64,000 nucleotides of DNA from the human T2T-CHM13v2.0 reference genome, Homo sapiens, in NCBI RefSeq assembly GCF_009914755.1, contig NC_060927.1; one strand, given 5' to 3'. The position numbers and the translations under genes were made by a program. Every line of letters begins with the position of its first letter. Position 1 is the stretch's first letter. This document shows, piece by piece, positions 42,681 to 63,489 of this stretch. The notes beneath the pieces are model-generated. The model saw only the letters and a list, made by a program, of their open reading frames with translations. It was not told the origin of the DNA and ran no database searches.

Positions 42681-43989
42681 GATTTTAAAAGCAGTTTTCC
42701 TGGTATTTTACCATAAAACATATGGACTAGTGTGAGCCATTCTGCTATTTCCCATGATAAGAAAATGCAGGCTCTGCCCTCCACAGGTAAGGTATGAGAG
42801 GGCTAGCTAGCCAGGCCCCTGTTCAAGCCCACGGAACAGCTTGAAGCCCAGCACTCAGGGTGTTAGTGACTCTCATTGCCTGCGCTCCTCAGAAAAGGTG
42901 ACAGAACTCAGAGAAGTGAGAGGTTGGCCTCCGACACACAGCTGCAAACCAAAGGGCTAGGATTCTGCTATGAAACCCAGGGCTCTGTAAGGAGCAGTTT
43001 ATGTGAAACATGGTATTTCTGGCAAGTAAACATTTGCTGAATGGAGGAAGTCACAGGGAAATCCTCAATCCTGCCTTAATGAGACAAACAGTCTGCTTAA
43101 GTGACAAAATGATTGTTTGTTTGTAACCCACCAGAGAGCTGAGAATGCAAACAAAAACAAAAGCAAAAACAAGGCAGACTAAAATAAATCCCCAAAAGTG
43201 ACAAGCCTGCTCAGAAGGAGGGGGCCGGAAGCTGCTTTCCTCCAGGTAAAGGGCTGGAAGTGGAGGAGCCCACCATGGATGGGGAGGAGAAACCAGCCAT
43301 GCTCACAGCAGAACGCATGGGGAGTGGGTGTGTGGATTCCAATCCCCAGGAGCCCCAGCCCAGGACAGGTCGGCACCCACCGACCCTGGTTCTCCACCCA
43401 TGCACAAGGCGGAACAGGATTGATAAGAGGCATCCCTCCAATGCAGTAAAGACTGGAGGCATGGCGCAGGGCACAAGGGGACCCCAGAGGCAGCACTGGA
43501 GAGCAACAAGAATGCCTAAGCAGTCCCCAGGGCCGAGGGCTCTCAGTAAGGCAGAGAAAAGTCTCCTGTGGTCAGATGCTGGGTGCAGGCTGGAAAGCAT
43601 GAAGATGGCTGGAGTCTTTCCAGTGCTGAGATCCTAAGCCCTACCGATGGGTCAGTCCTGATCACACTTTCAAGACGTGAGGTTTGTGGAGAAGAGTCTG
43701 ACTAAAACTGCAAAAAAAGCCCAGCCCAGCTTGGCTACATTTGGAACGACTGAGCCACCCACACTAACACATGGGCAGAAAAGGAGGAACACTCTTTTTC
43801 TGGAGGGTAAATGTTATTTATTAATACTTCAGCCTCTACTTTAGGTCGTGAGAATCACTAACACCCTGAGCGCTGGGCTTCAAGCTGTTCAATGGGCAGC
43901 CAACCCCAGGGTCCTGGATAGCCCTCCCTTACCTTACCTGTGGAGGGCAGAGCCTGCCCTTTCTTCAGCCTATCCTTTCATACATAATG

Positions 43990-44910
43990 CCTGACATGCA
44001 AACTTAGGAGACATGTCAAAAAACAAGAAAATGTAACCCATCAATAAGAGGTAACGTTCAAAACGTTCAATAAAAGCAGACAGGGATGACCAAGGTGTTG
44101 GGAACAGACAGGGGCTATAGAACTCGGATAAATATGTTAAATAGTCTAAAGGAAAAGGTGGATGTTATGTGAGAATAGAGGAGGAATTTGAGAAGATAAG
44201 TGAAAATATAAAAAAGAACCTACAGAAATGCTAAAAAGGAAAAATGCAATTCATAAATAAAGAATTCATTTAATAGTTTTAACAGAAGATTGGATATAGT
44301 AGAAGAAATAATCAGTGAACCTAAAGACAGGTCAGTATGTCCAAACTGAATTACAATTATCCAAACTGAAAAACAAAGAGGAAAAAACTGAAAGTCTGAG
44401 ATATGTAGGACATTAGAAGTTTAACACATCTGCAGCTGGAATTCTAGGAGAGACAGTATGGACAGAATAAACGTTTGAAGAGGTAATAGCTGAGAATTTT
44501 CCAAACTTGGTGTAAGACATCAACCTACAAATCCAAAAGCTCAGTAAAGCTCAAGCAGGATAGGTACAAAGAAAAACATCTATAGGTACATAAGAGCCAA
44601 ACTGCTGAAAATTAAAAATAAAGAAGAAAAATCTTAAGAGCTGGCAGAGAATGGGAAAAAGATACATTACATAAGAGGAAAACAATAAGGGCGACAGCTG
44701 ATGTCTCATCAGTAACAACAGAAACAAGAAGATGAAGGAACTGCATCCTTAAAGTGCTGAAAGGGGGAAAATGTCTAATTAGACTTCTCCATCCAGCAGA
44801 AATAACCTTCAAAAATGAAATTGAAATAAAGACATTTACAGATAGACAAAAGCTGAGGAAATCAGTCTCTACCAGACCTGCGAGAAATGCTAAAGTTCTT
44901 CTGGCTGAAG
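43990..44910 (+). mobile_element. Old L1M ORF1 fragment
   Basis: A-rich sequence with gctgagaattttccaaacttgg and gaaaaatcttaagagc, typical of L1 ORF1. Confidence 0.75.
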
Positions 44911-46838
44911 CCGAAAACAGATAAAAGTGAGTTAAGGCATTTTCTTTTCATTTGTTTCTTGTGGGTTTTCCCCCTACTTACAACATAGATGGAAAATGGC
45001 TTAACTTCCTAGAGATTAAAATATATAAATATGGGTCATAGCACTGAGCTGAAAGAGATGTCTGGCCATGAGGAAAGTGGCTAGGTGGCACAGAGAGCCA
45101 TGCAGAGGGCAGCAGGGAAGCAATATGAGTTCCGAGAGTTCCAAGAGAAGCAGACAAATCCAGCAGCAACCTGCAGCAGTGAGTGACTCGAGAGCAGATG
45201 GGGCAAGCCCCTATTCTCCCAATAAGCAAGAGGTGCATTCCCTGGACATCTGTCGCAGCTGGGGAATGACTTGAGTCCTGGCTCTTTATATTGAAGATCA
45301 CAACCAGAACAGACGGCAGAGAAGTTATGCCTGAGGGCTTTGTATGAACAGCTGTAAAACCCACAGCATGGTCTTTGATCACTTTGAGACTTCCATCAGT
45401 AGAAGAAATACTAAGTGAGGATAGGTCTCTGCTTTTAAATAATGTATACCTTTCAAACTGTTTATTTTTTATGGCAATTTTCATGAGCAAAAGATGGCAG
45501 ACAAATTAAACCTGTCCAAAAACGGGTAAAATGTTCTGATCACATGAAATATAAACTGAGTCCTATCTATTAATTTATTAACATTATCTCATGCTGCCTT
45601 GATAAAGTGGAAAAAGAATGAGTTTGGAATCAACAGGCTGAGGTGTGAAACATGGCTCCAAAGGAGGGCCACTCTCCCTGTGGACAGTTTCCTCATCTGT
45701 ATTTCGTAGTGTTGTTGAGATGGTTAGATGAATGTATAAACCCAGCATGACTTCAGCTTACTGCAGAATTCAATATTCATTCCCTTCCCTGCACATGACA
45801 AAACCAATCTGTGCAGTTGACTGTTTACCTGTGCCTGGTATTCCCAGTCAATTATAAACTCTTTGAGGGTGCAGACCACACATAATCCCCTATGCAGGAC
45901 TGGGTCTTGTGTCACAACAATGGCCGAATAAACAAGGGTGATTTCCTAACACCATAGCATGGCACTAGCTAAGGCTGTCAATGGTATTAAATGAATTCAC
46001 TGACTTATAGCTTAAAGAAGTCACATATACCACCTTATAAAATCATCACAGGCTTCTTGCTGTAGAAAGGGATGAAGGTAAGTTAACAAGGCAGAGAATG
46101 TTTCCTACCTAGTATAATCAGGCAACCTCCAGGGAACAGCTGAAGTCTTCAGTAGTCCATAGTCACTTATATCACACAAAAGAAACATATTAAGAAACAT
46201 TTTGTGCTCTAAGAAGACAATTTGGGGCAATAGAGTCACAGCATGTTTGCCAGGAGCGGTGCACCGAATATGTTCACTTACATCCACTCAGCCCGCACAG
46301 CTAACATCCTGCAGTGACTTCACCCAAGGATTTTCATCAGCCCCCAAACAAGAACAAAACTGCCACTCTGCATTCACTCCTAAGATAGAAACTGCTCCCA
46401 AGAAAGCCATAATATGATGAAATGTTTTCCCCACTCATGTGGCAGGTAGCTTGACAACAGAAGTGAAACGGAGCAACTGAGTTGCTCCTCAAACGTGACA
46501 ATCATGGATCATCTTTGAATCTGGAGGGAAATTGAAGGAGTTGAGAAACCTGGGTGGCCAGGGTCATAGATGACCTGGTACAGCCCATAGGAGCCCAAGA
46601 CAGGTGGTTCAAATCACAGAAATAAAGCCATCAGTAGTGCTGGAAGCTAATTCCCACACATCTCTTCCTGCATACTGTTCACATGGCAGTGTCATGCTGG
46701 GACTAAAGAATGAAACCCAAGTATACAGTCTGCCAGTGCTAATGGGAAACATTGATTAATCAGGAGAGTTAATAAAATCACAGTCTGCTAATGGGCAAAT
46801 TCTGTGACACTGCATCCCAGATGCCTAATTCTGGATAA

Positions 46839-46862
46839 ACACACACACACACACACACACAC
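46839..46862 (+). repeat. (AC)12 microsatellite
   Basis: Direct reading. Confidence 0.9.
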
Positions 46863-47042
46863 CCCTCAGACCTGCTCTTCTACCTAGATTCTCATCTCCC
46901 TTCATTCATCCTGTCCTCAGCCACTTTAGCTAGAAACATGTGACATCCCCAGTCTCTATTGTTACATACTTTTCATGCAACCAGTGTCTACCATTTGGTA
47001 TCTGTTCAATGTATACTTTGAGCATTGATTAAATATCAATTT

Positions 47043-47336
47043 GGGCCACGTGTAATGGCTGACATCTGTAATCCCAACGTTCTTGGAGACCAAGGCAGGA
47101 GGATCACTTGAGGCCAGGAATTCGAGACCAGCCTGGGCAACAAAGCGAGATCTCGACTCTACAAAAAGTTAAAAAAAATTTAGCTGGGCATGGTGGTACA
47201 TGCCTGTAGTCCCAGCTACTCAGAAGGCTGAGGCAGGAGGATCACTTGAGCCCAGGAGTTAGAAGTTACAGTAATCTATGACTGCACCACTATACAGCCT
47301 GGGCAACAGGGTGAGACCTCGTCTCTTTAAAAAAAA
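47043..47336 (+). mobile_element. AluJ
   Basis: ggaggatcacttgaggccaggaattcgag and ggaggatcacttgagcccaggag are J-type diagnostics. Confidence 0.9.
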
Positions 47337-47339
47337 TCA

Positions 47340-48446
47340 ATTTTGAAGTATAATTTACATATAATAAAATGCACCAAATAGGTATTCATTTTGATTTATG
47401 ACTGATTGATGAATCAACTAATTCATACAGTCCTGTAGCCATCACCACACTCAAGATAATGAACCTTCCTGTTACTCCAAGAAGTCCCATTGTGTCCCTT
47501 CCCAATAACTACTAACCCTTACCCCAGCCAACCACTGATTTGCTTTTTATCACTACATATTAGGTTGGTCTTTTCTAGAACTTCATACACGTATTATGAA
47601 CATACACAAATAGTATGGACTTTTTTGGCTTCGTTTGGCATAATGATCTTGAGGTTCACCCATGTTACTGAATTTTGTCAGTGATCTACTCATTTTCATT
47701 GCCAAATAGTATTCCATTGTATGAATGTATTATGATGTATTTATCCAGTCACTTTCTGATGGACATGTGGGTTCTTTCCAATTTGAGGGCGTTATGAATA
47801 AAGCTGCCTTTCACACGAGTCTTTGTGTTTTACCTGGGAGTTAAATCATGGGGATATATAGTAAGAGTACATAGTAAGTTAAACATACATAGCAAGTGTA
47901 TGTCTAACCTAACAAGGAACTGCAAAGTGGTTTCCTATTTCTACCCTTTATGTATGAAAGTTCTTGTTGCTCCACATTCTCACCAACGTTTAGTATTGTC
48001 AGTCTAAATGTAGCCACTTTTATGGGTGTGTTGTTGTATTTTACTGTATTTTTAATTTGAATTTCTCTATACTTAATGATGTTAAGCATCTTTTTATGTT
48101 GCTATTTTTGCTAAATGCACACTTTTATTGGCAAACATGAAACATCTGCTCAAATCTTTTACCCATTTTTTATTGGGTTCCTTGTCTTCTTATTGTTGAC
48201 TGGTAAGGATTCTCTACATAATCCAAATACAAGCCCTTTGTTGGATCTATGTTTTATAAATATTTTGCTCCTAGTCTGTGGCTTGCCTTTTTCTTTCATA
48301 AAAGCTCTCAATGACTTTTTCAAAATGTTGATGAAGTACATTTATCATTATTTTATTCTATAGTTCATAATTTCTGTATGTTATCTAATAAATCTTTGTC
48401 TACACCAAGATCATGAAGGTTTTCTCCTATGTTTTCTTCTAGAAGT
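47340..48446 (-). mobile_element. Old L1M 3' fragment
   Basis: Antisense L1 3' UTR and ORF2 C-terminus (MLNIIKYREIQIK). Confidence 0.75.
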
Positions 48447-48779
48447 TACAAACATACTTTGAAAACATTGGGAACTTGGTTCCAGACCACCACAATAAAG
48501 TAAGTATCACAATAAAGGGAGTCACATGAATTTTTTGGTTTCCAAGTGCATATAAAAGTTATGTTTATACTATCCTGTAGTCTGTTAAGTATATAATAGC
48601 ATTATGTCTAAAAAACAATGTACATAATTAAAAATACTTTATTGCTAACAAATGCGAACAATCATCTGAGACTTCACCAAGTCACAATCTTTTTGCTGAT
48701 GGAGGGTCTTACCTCGATGTTGATGGCTGCTGACTGACAGAGTGGTAGCTGCTAAAGACTGGGGTGGCTGTGGCAATTT

Positions 48780-54565
<5,786 letters not shown>

Positions 54566-55073
54566 GGCTGTGGCAATTTCTTAATACAAGACAATGAAAG
54601 TTGCCACATCGATTGACTCTTTCACAAAAGGTTTCTCTGTAGCATGTGATGCTGTTTGATAGCATTTTACCCACAGTAGAACTTCTTTCAAAAGTGGAGT
54701 CAATCCTCTCAAATCCTGTTGCTGCTTTATCAACCAATTTTGTGATCATTCTAAATCCTGTTATCATTTCAAAAATGTGCACAGCATCTTCACCAGGAGA
54801 AGATTCCATCTCAAGAAACCACTTTCATTGTTCATGCATAAGAAGCAATTCTTCATTTGTTCAAGATTGATCACGAGATTGCAGCAACTCAGTCACATCT
54901 TCAGGCTCCACTTCTAATTCTAGTTCTCTTGCTGTTTCCACCACATCTGCAGTGACTTCCTCCACTCAAGTCTTGAACCCTTCAGAGTCATCCAAGACGG
55001 TTGGAATCAGCTTCTTCCAAACTCCTGTTAATGTTTATTCTGATCTCCTCCCATGAATCATGAATGTTCTTAA

Positions 55074-55668
<595 letters not shown>

Positions 55669-56048
55669 TGAGCAGTAATATTTTGAAAGCAGTCTTTTCT
55701 CCTGAGCAGCAGGGCTCAACAGTGGGCTTAAAATATTCAGTAAAGCATGTTGTAAACAGATGTGCTGTTATCCAGGATTTATTATTATATTTCTAGAGTA
55801 CTGGCAGAGTAGATTTAGCATAATTTTTAAGGGCTCTAGGATTTTCAGAATGGTAAATGAGCACTGACTTCAACTTAAAGTCGCCAGTGGTATTAACAAG
55901 AGTCAATCTGTCCCTTTGAAGCTTTGAAGCCAGGCATCAACTTCTTTCTAGCTGTGAAAGTCCTAGATAGCATCTTCTCTCAATATAAGACTGTTTTGCT
56001 TACATTGAAAATCTGCTGTTTACCACCTTCATCAATAATCTTGGCTAG

Positions 56049-56403
<355 letters not shown>

Positions 56404-56999
56404 ACCTTGCACTTTTATGTTATGAAGACAGCTTCTGTACTTAAACCTTATGAACCAACCTCTGCTGGCTTAAAATCTTTCTTCTGCAGCTCCCTCACCT
56501 TTCTTAGCCTTCATAGAATTGAAGAGTTTGGGCCTTGCTCTGGATTAGGCTTTGAGGGAATGTTGTGGCTGATTTGATCTTCTATCCAAACCACTAAAAC
56601 TTTCTCCATATGGGCAATAAGGTTATTTCACTTTCAGTGAACCATTCACGTGTTCACTTGTATAGCATTTTTAACTTCCTTCATAAACTTTTCCTTTGTA
56701 TTCACAATTTGGCTATCTCTTTGGCACAAGAGGCCTCGCTCTCAGCCTATCTCAGCTTTTGACTTGCTGTCCTCACTGGGCCTAATCATTTCTAGCTTTT
56801 GATTTAAAGTGAGAGATGTACAACTCTTCCTTTCCTTTCACTTGAACACTTAGAGGCCACTGTAGGGTTATTAACTGGCCTAATTTCAATATTGCTGTGT
56901 CTCAGGGAATAGGGAGGCCTGAGGAGATAGAGAGGCACAGAGGAATGGCTGGTTGGTGCAGTCTGAAACTCTGAACTGGGTATTGGCAAGGACAGGTAG

Positions 57000-58835
57000 C
57001 TCTAGTTGAAGCCCTTCTACTGTTGACTTGAGCAATGGGAAAAGGGCTTCCTGATGCTCAGAGGCAGTGGGAGAAATTCTGTTTTTGCTTTTTGTTTTTT
57101 TCCTTTTCTCTGCTCATGCTCAGCCCCCAAGCAATTCCATGGCAACGAGATTGGTAGCAGTGATGGCAGAGGCCTAAAACTCTGAGGGGAACCTTATCTC
57201 TGGAATGTAGGACAACCCCATTTTTTCCTCTCTCTGTCCTCCTGATACTGGGCCCTTAATGTGCAGAGTTGCATAAAGTGTGTGGCAGAGAGAGGTGAAT
57301 AAAATCCCAGCTTTGGGGCTAGAAAAACAAAAAAAGGGAGTCCTAGGGAACTAGAAAATATTAGTGAGATTGCACAGAGGAAGGAACTTGGGAATGCAAC
57401 CCCACAAAGTTGTTTATAAATCACTGATCTCACTCAAAGCTACACACCTATGGATATGACCCTAAACAGCACACTATAGGCCTTGAGAACTGAATTGTGG
57501 GACATTTCAAGTTGCAGAGAGAACACTGCGTGGCAGGACACTTTGAAAATGGAACTGACATTGAAACCAACCCCATACAATGCTCATAGGAACTTGCAGC
57601 CTGAACCCAATCAGGACAATTGCCTGATAAAACGAAAATGCCAACCTTTGCTATAAGATTTAAATAAGACCAAGAGACTTATAATATTCAAAATGTCTGG
57701 AATACAATATAAAATAATAGCATATGAAAAACCAAGATAATCTCCATTTGTGTAAGAAAGGACAATCAATAGACACCAGCACTGAGCTGATACAGATGTG
57801 AAATTAACTGATGAAAATATGAAAATGGCTCTTATAAAAATGTCCCTATCAGTAATAGAAAATATTCCTGAAATGAATAAAATAATAGAAAGGCTCAGGA
57901 AACAAACAAAAGATATAAATAACAACAAAATGGAAAATTTAGGACTGAAAAATGCAATAACCAATATTTTAATAAGCATCAGATAGACTCAATAGCAGAA
58001 TGGATATGACAGATTAAAAAGTCTATGAACCTGAAGACAGATCAACAGAAATTATCCAATCTAAACAACTGGCAGGAAAAAAAATTAAACTTAATTGAGT
58101 TTCAGGGAACTGTGTGACAATAATATCTAGCCTTTTTGTCATCAGAGTCCCAGAAGAAGAGGAGAAAGGGTGCAGGGATAAAAATATATTTGAAGAACTA
58201 ATGGCTGAAAATATCCCAATTTTGACACAGACATAAATCTAAGGATGCAAGAAACTCAGTGAACTCTAAATAGGATAAACCCAAAGAAATCTATATCTAA
58301 ATACATCATGATAAAACTGGCACAAATGAAAGAGAGTCTTGAAAGCCACCAGAGAAAAGCAACACTTACTTATAAAGGGACAATTCAAATTACAGATTTC
58401 TCATTAGAAACCATGAAAGCTAAAAGGAAGTGGTACCACATTTTATAACTGCTGAAAGAAAACTGGCCAGGCACAGTGGCTTGCGCCTGTAATCCCAGCA
58501 CTTTGGGAGGCCAAGGCGGGTGGATTACCTGAGGTCAGGAGTTCAAGACTAGCTTGGCCAATGTGGTGAAACCGTGTCTCTACTAAAAATAGAAAAATTA
58601 GCCAGGTGTGGTGGCACACGCCTGTAGTCCCAGCTTGTTCAGAAGGCTGAGGCAGGAGAATTGCTTGAACCCGGGAGGCAGAGGTTGCCGTGAGCCAAGA
58701 TCGTGCCACTGCACTCTAGCCTGGGTGACAGAGTAAGACTCAGTCTCGAAAATAATAATAATTATTATTAACCCAGATTTCTACATCCAGCAAATTATCC
58801 ATCGGAAAGCGTGAAATTTTTTAAAAATTAAGAGA
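57000..58835 (+). mobile_element. Old L1M 5' region / ORF1 fragment
   Basis: atggctgaaaatatcccaattttg and gagtcttgaaagccaccagagaaaag are ORF1-like. Left boundary uncertain. Confidence 0.7.
58465..58760 (+). mobile_element. AluS
   Basis: Full dimer with an (AAT)n tail. Confidence 0.93.
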
Positions 58836-58869
58836 ATTTTTTTTTTTTTTTTTTTTTTTTGGCCACAAA

Positions 58870-60370
58870 GCTGGGATTTTTCACTGGGGTTGCACGGAAT
58901 CCAAAAATCAATTTGAGCAGAAAGAAACATCTTAATAATATGGATTCTTCCAATCCAAAAATATGATATATCTTTATTTCATTTTACAATTTCTCAGCAA
59001 TGTTTTATAGTTTTTCATATAAAGATCTTGCACATATTTTGTTAAAACTATGTCTAAGTATTTCATATTTATATGCTGTTGTACATGATATTGTAATCAT
59101 CATATTTTCAATTCAATATGGTTTGTTGTTAGTTCTTAGAAATACAATTGATTGGCGAGTGTGGTGGCTCATGTCTGTAATCCCAGCACTTTGGGAGGCC
59201 GAGGTGGGTGGATCACGAGGTCAGGAGTTCAAGACCAGCCTGACCAACATGGTGAAACCCCGTCTCTACTAAAAATACAAAAATTAGCCGGGCGTGGTGG
59301 TGCATGCCTGTAATCTCAGCTACTCAGGAGGCTAAGGCAGGAGAATTGTGTGAACCCAGGAAGTGGAGGTTGCAGTGAGCTGAGATCACGCCACTGCACT
59401 CCAGCCTGGGCAACAGAGCAAGACTCCGTCTCAAAAAAAAAAAAAAAAGAATAAAACAAGAAATACAATTGATTTTTTATGTTAACTTTGTATTCTTCAA
59501 CTTTTAAATTCATCTGGAAGTTCTGGTAGTTATTTCTGGCAGATTTCTTAGGATTTTCTATGTACACAATCATGTCATCAGCAAATAAGGACATTTAGGT
59601 CTCCCTTTCAAATTTGTGTGCTTTTTATTTATAGTTCCTGCACCACTTAACTGACTAGGACCTCCATTACAATGTTAAATAAAAATGGTAAAAGTCAGCA
59701 TCCTTGCCTGTGCTCAGTCATCTTAGTATAATGTTAGCTGTACTTGTTCTGTAGATGTCATTTATTTGTTTGAGGATGTTCTATTCCTAGTTAGCTTAGA
59801 ATTTATATCATAAATGCAAACTTGAGGATAAGTGATAAACATAATAAAAAAACAAAAAAATTTTGTCTTCTAAATCTATTGAGATGACTATATTGCTTTC
59901 TTTCTTTTGTTTCTCATATTATTTCATTGCATTTCTGGGATATAAACTTGGTCATGATGGTCATGATGTATTATCCATTGTATAATTTGTTGGATTGAAG
60001 ATAGAATTTTTAGGAATATTGGAGTTGATTTTCATATGTTGTATCGGTCTATAGTTATTTTCTCTCAAAATTTTTGTCAGTTTTTGGGTACCATTGTTCT
60101 GTTGGATGCAAGAGTTGGGAAGTTTTCCTTCCTTCTCCTATTTGTGTAGAATTGGCTTCTTTTTCCCCTTAAATGTTTGAAAAAATTTGACGGCAAAGTC
60201 ATTTAGTCTTGTTTTTTCACTGCAGAAAGGTTTTAATGATACCTTTTATTTCTTTAATGAATACAGCAATATTCAAATTTTCTATTTCTTCTCGAGTCAG
60301 TTTCTCCAGGTGTTTGTCCATTTTCCATAAGTTTTTTTCAATTTAGTGGGATAGAGTTGTTTAAAATATT
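58870..60370 (-). mobile_element. Old L1M ORF2 fragment
   Basis: [16 protein letters not shown] at 59594 on the minus strand. Confidence 0.82.
59154..59458 (+). mobile_element. AluS (Sg-like)
   Basis: TSD agaaatacaattgatt (59138-59153 and 59459-59474). Confidence 0.93.
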
Positions 60371-60778
60371 TTGCTATTATTTCGTTAATTTCTGTAGATT
60401 TTTCATTAAAAAACAGATTTTAGGACAGTTTATATGTACAAAAAATGGAGAAAATAATACAGAGTTCCTACACACCCCCTCACTCCACCCAGTTTCCCTT
60501 ATTAGTATGGTACACATGTTACAATTAATGAACCATGTTACATTATTAACTGAAGTCAATAGTTCACTCAGATTAGATAAAAACATTAGTTATTTTCTGT
60601 TCCAGGTTCTCATCCAGGACATTACATTTTATTTGATTGCCATGTCTCCTTAGGCTTCTCTTGACTATGATAGTTTTTTAGACCTTCCTTATTTTTCATG
60701 ACCTTAACGGCTTTCAAGAGTATTGGTGAGGTATTTTGTAGAATACCTCACTTTTGAATACCTTAATAGCAACTTGTC

Positions 60779-60782
<4 letters not shown>

Positions 60783-60827
<45 letters not shown>

Positions 60828-61105
60828 GGAGTCTCACTCTGTCACCCAGGCTGGAGCGCAGTGGCACAATCTTGGCTCACTGCAAGCTCCGCCTCCTGGG
60901 TTCACATCATTCTCCTGCCTCAGCCTTCTGAGTAGCTGGGACTACAGGTGCCCACCACAAGCAGGCCCAGCTAATTTTTGTATTTTTAGTAGAGACGGGG
61001 TTTCACCGCGTTAGCCAGGATGGTCTCGGTCTCCTGACCTCGTGATCTGCCCGCCTCAGCTTCCCAAAGTGCTGGGATTACCCGCGTGAGCCACCGCACC
61101 CGGCC
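60783..61105 (-). mobile_element. AluY-like with a pure poly(A) tail of about 40 nt
   Basis: TSD acttgtctgat (60772-60782 and 61106-61116). Confidence 0.92.
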
Positions 61106-61129
61106 ACTTGTCTGATGTTTTAATTAGGC

Positions 61130-61790
61130 TTTATTTAGGTAAATGCAAATAAAAACCCATAAGCTACCAATTTGCAGCCATTAGGATATGAAAATAGCAA
61201 GTGTTGGTGAGGATGTAGAGAAACTGGAACCTTGTGCATTGTTGAGGAAAATGTAAAATGATGTGGCCACTGTGGAAAACAATCTGGCAGTTCCTCAAAG
61301 ATTAAATATGGAGTTACCATATGATCCAGCAATTCCACTCCTGGGTATATACCCCAAAGAATTGAAAGCAAGGACTCAAACAGATGCATGTACACCAATG
61401 TTCACAGCAGCATTATTCACAATACCCAAAAGGTGGAAACCACTCAAGTGCCCACCAACAGATAAATGGATAAAGAAAATGCAGTATATCCAAACAACAA
61501 AACATTATTCAGCCTTCAAAAGGAATGAAATTATGACAATGCTATAACATAATGCTGAGTGAAATAAGCCAGACACAAAAGGACAAATATTGTATAATTC
61601 CACATATATGAGGTGTTAGAACAGGCAAATTTATACAGACGATAAGTAGAATTGTGGTTACCAGAGGCTTGGGGGAGAAGGCATGGAGAGTTATTGTTTA
61701 ATGAGTAGTTTCAATTTGGAATTTTTTTTTTAACTTCTGAAATGGATAGTGGTGATGTTTATTTAACACCACTGAATTGTATACTTTAAA
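61130..61790 (+). mobile_element. L1MB-like 3' end
   Basis: ELPYDPAIPLLGIYPKELK (ORF2 C-terminus) followed by the 3' UTR. Confidence 0.85.
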
Positions 61791-61914
61791 AAGTTTTTTT
61801 TTTTAAAGAAACAAACAGCCAATCAGTGTCCATTAATCTTTTTGTTATATAAGTTTTTAAAGATAATTTTAGATTTCCAATTGGGTAAAACTGTGAGCTT
61901 CTATTTTAGTTTTT

Positions 61915-62200
61915 TGCTTCTCCCCACCCCCATTATCTCCCCTCCCTTCCTTCTTCCTTTCCTCCTTCCCTCCCTCCCTCCTTCCTTCCCACCTCTATCC
62001 TTCCTTCCTTCCCTCCTTCCTTCCCCTCTCCCTGCCTTCCTTCCTTCCCCATTCCCTACTTTCCTTCCATTCTCTCCTTCCTTCCCCTCCTTCCCACTTC
62101 CTTTCCTCCCTTCTTTCCTTCCCTCCCTTCTTCCTCACTCCCTTTTTCCTTCTCTCTCTCCTTCCCTCTTTCCTATCTTCCCTCTATCCCTCCCCTTTTC
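61915..62200 (+). repeat. Polypyrimidine (CCTT/CT) low-complexity tract
   Basis: About 285 bp almost purely C/T. Confidence 0.92.
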
Positions 62201-62954
62201 ATAGTGGTTACTGAATACACTTTAGGGATGGGGTCCTCTCCATGCTGCTCATACTTAAAATTGTCTTCCCCTAAAGAATCTCAAATCAGTATCATTAGTT
62301 AGAGGCCTCCCACATGGCAACTGTGGAATTAACTCCTTGCCTGTGCCATGGGAGTGCCGTGGGTAATTTTTTCCTATAACCTTGAGGATCAAGATCCTTT
62401 TAGTGACAGGCATATGCAGCAGTAGCTGAAAAGACATTTTGTAGTGTCCTAGTAAAGTACCTGCTTTTAGGAGTGTGATCTTAGCATGTCACACAGCTAA
62501 CTGCTCCTTCTCCACATGAACAACCAGTTGAGGAGCCCATGCATTGCACAAGGTATCATTCTTTCCCCTGAGCACTATAGAACAGGGGTTATGACTGCTT
62601 AAGAATATAGCCAGTGCTCACTGGGCAGGAGTCATTCCCCTGAGTCTAGCATCAGTTATGCCTGTGCGTGAGACATACAATTCAATCTGAGACATACAGG
62701 TAGATCTGTACCAAGACAGATGCTCCAAGGCCACTTTAAGGAATGGCCCAATCCCATGCTCTGGTCCTGAATACCAATAATCAAAATTTCCAACTTTTGT
62801 CAGTTAAATCCTTAATGGAGGCTCAGCAGAACTCCACAATGCAACACAAAATAGCACAGCTCAAAGTGCAAGCTTGTCAGCAAGCAGCACAGCCAGTTAG
62901 CGAGCCAAAGCAAGAGAAGGAACCCCTCACCCTGCCACAATAGTCATCATCAAG

Positions 62955-63322
62955 ATGTCCTGCTTGCTGGCCAACTATTGCGACCACATCAGAGGGACAG
63001 GATGGATCTGCAGCCCAACTGTGATTCAGTTGACAAGACTGATGACCTCAAATACACCCCAAGAGCACATGAAAAGGTTTATTACACACATAGTGAGGCT
63101 TTCTGGGAGAGGAGGGAAGACTTCCCAAGTTGATGCAGCGGGTGGGGCTGCTAAACACCATGAAATTAGGGATTCCCATGCATGGGCTGGAGTTTTCACA
63201 GTCTTAACTTCACACAAGCACCTGGGCTTTTTATCAGCTTGCCCAGATGTGGACAAAGAGACAGGGGGATGAGGTTTAAAAACTGTCAGCAAACATCAAA
63301 AATGGAGTGAGGCTCTGTTACA
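62955..63322 (-). mobile_element. Probable ERV-class LTR (MER72/LTR47-like), possibly with internal sequence to its left
   Basis: The minus strand starts tgtaacagagcctcactccatttttgatgtttgctgacag and contains an AATAAA (tttatt near 63078). Subfamily uncertain. Confidence 0.5.
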
Positions 63323-63347
63323 ATTGGTGCATTTAGGTCTCCCCCAC

Positions 63348-63480
63348 TTTTTTTTTTTTTTGAGACAGGGTCTCACTCTTGCGCAGGCTGGAGTGCAGTG
63401 ATGTGAGCATGATCAAGCAATCCTCCTGCCTCAGCCTCCCAAAAAGCTGGGACTACTGATGTGCACCACCATGTCCAGCC
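63348..63480 (-). mobile_element. Alu monomer / AluJ fragment
   Basis: T-run followed by gagacagggtctcactc...gatcaagcaatcctcctgcctcagcc, with an internal deletion. Confidence 0.8.
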
Positions 63481-63489
63481 CCAATCACC

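Noticed and set aside
44978-45490. 170-aa minus-strand ORF in apparently unique sequence
   Set aside because: It has a non-ATG start, no recognisable motif and no convincing splice context.
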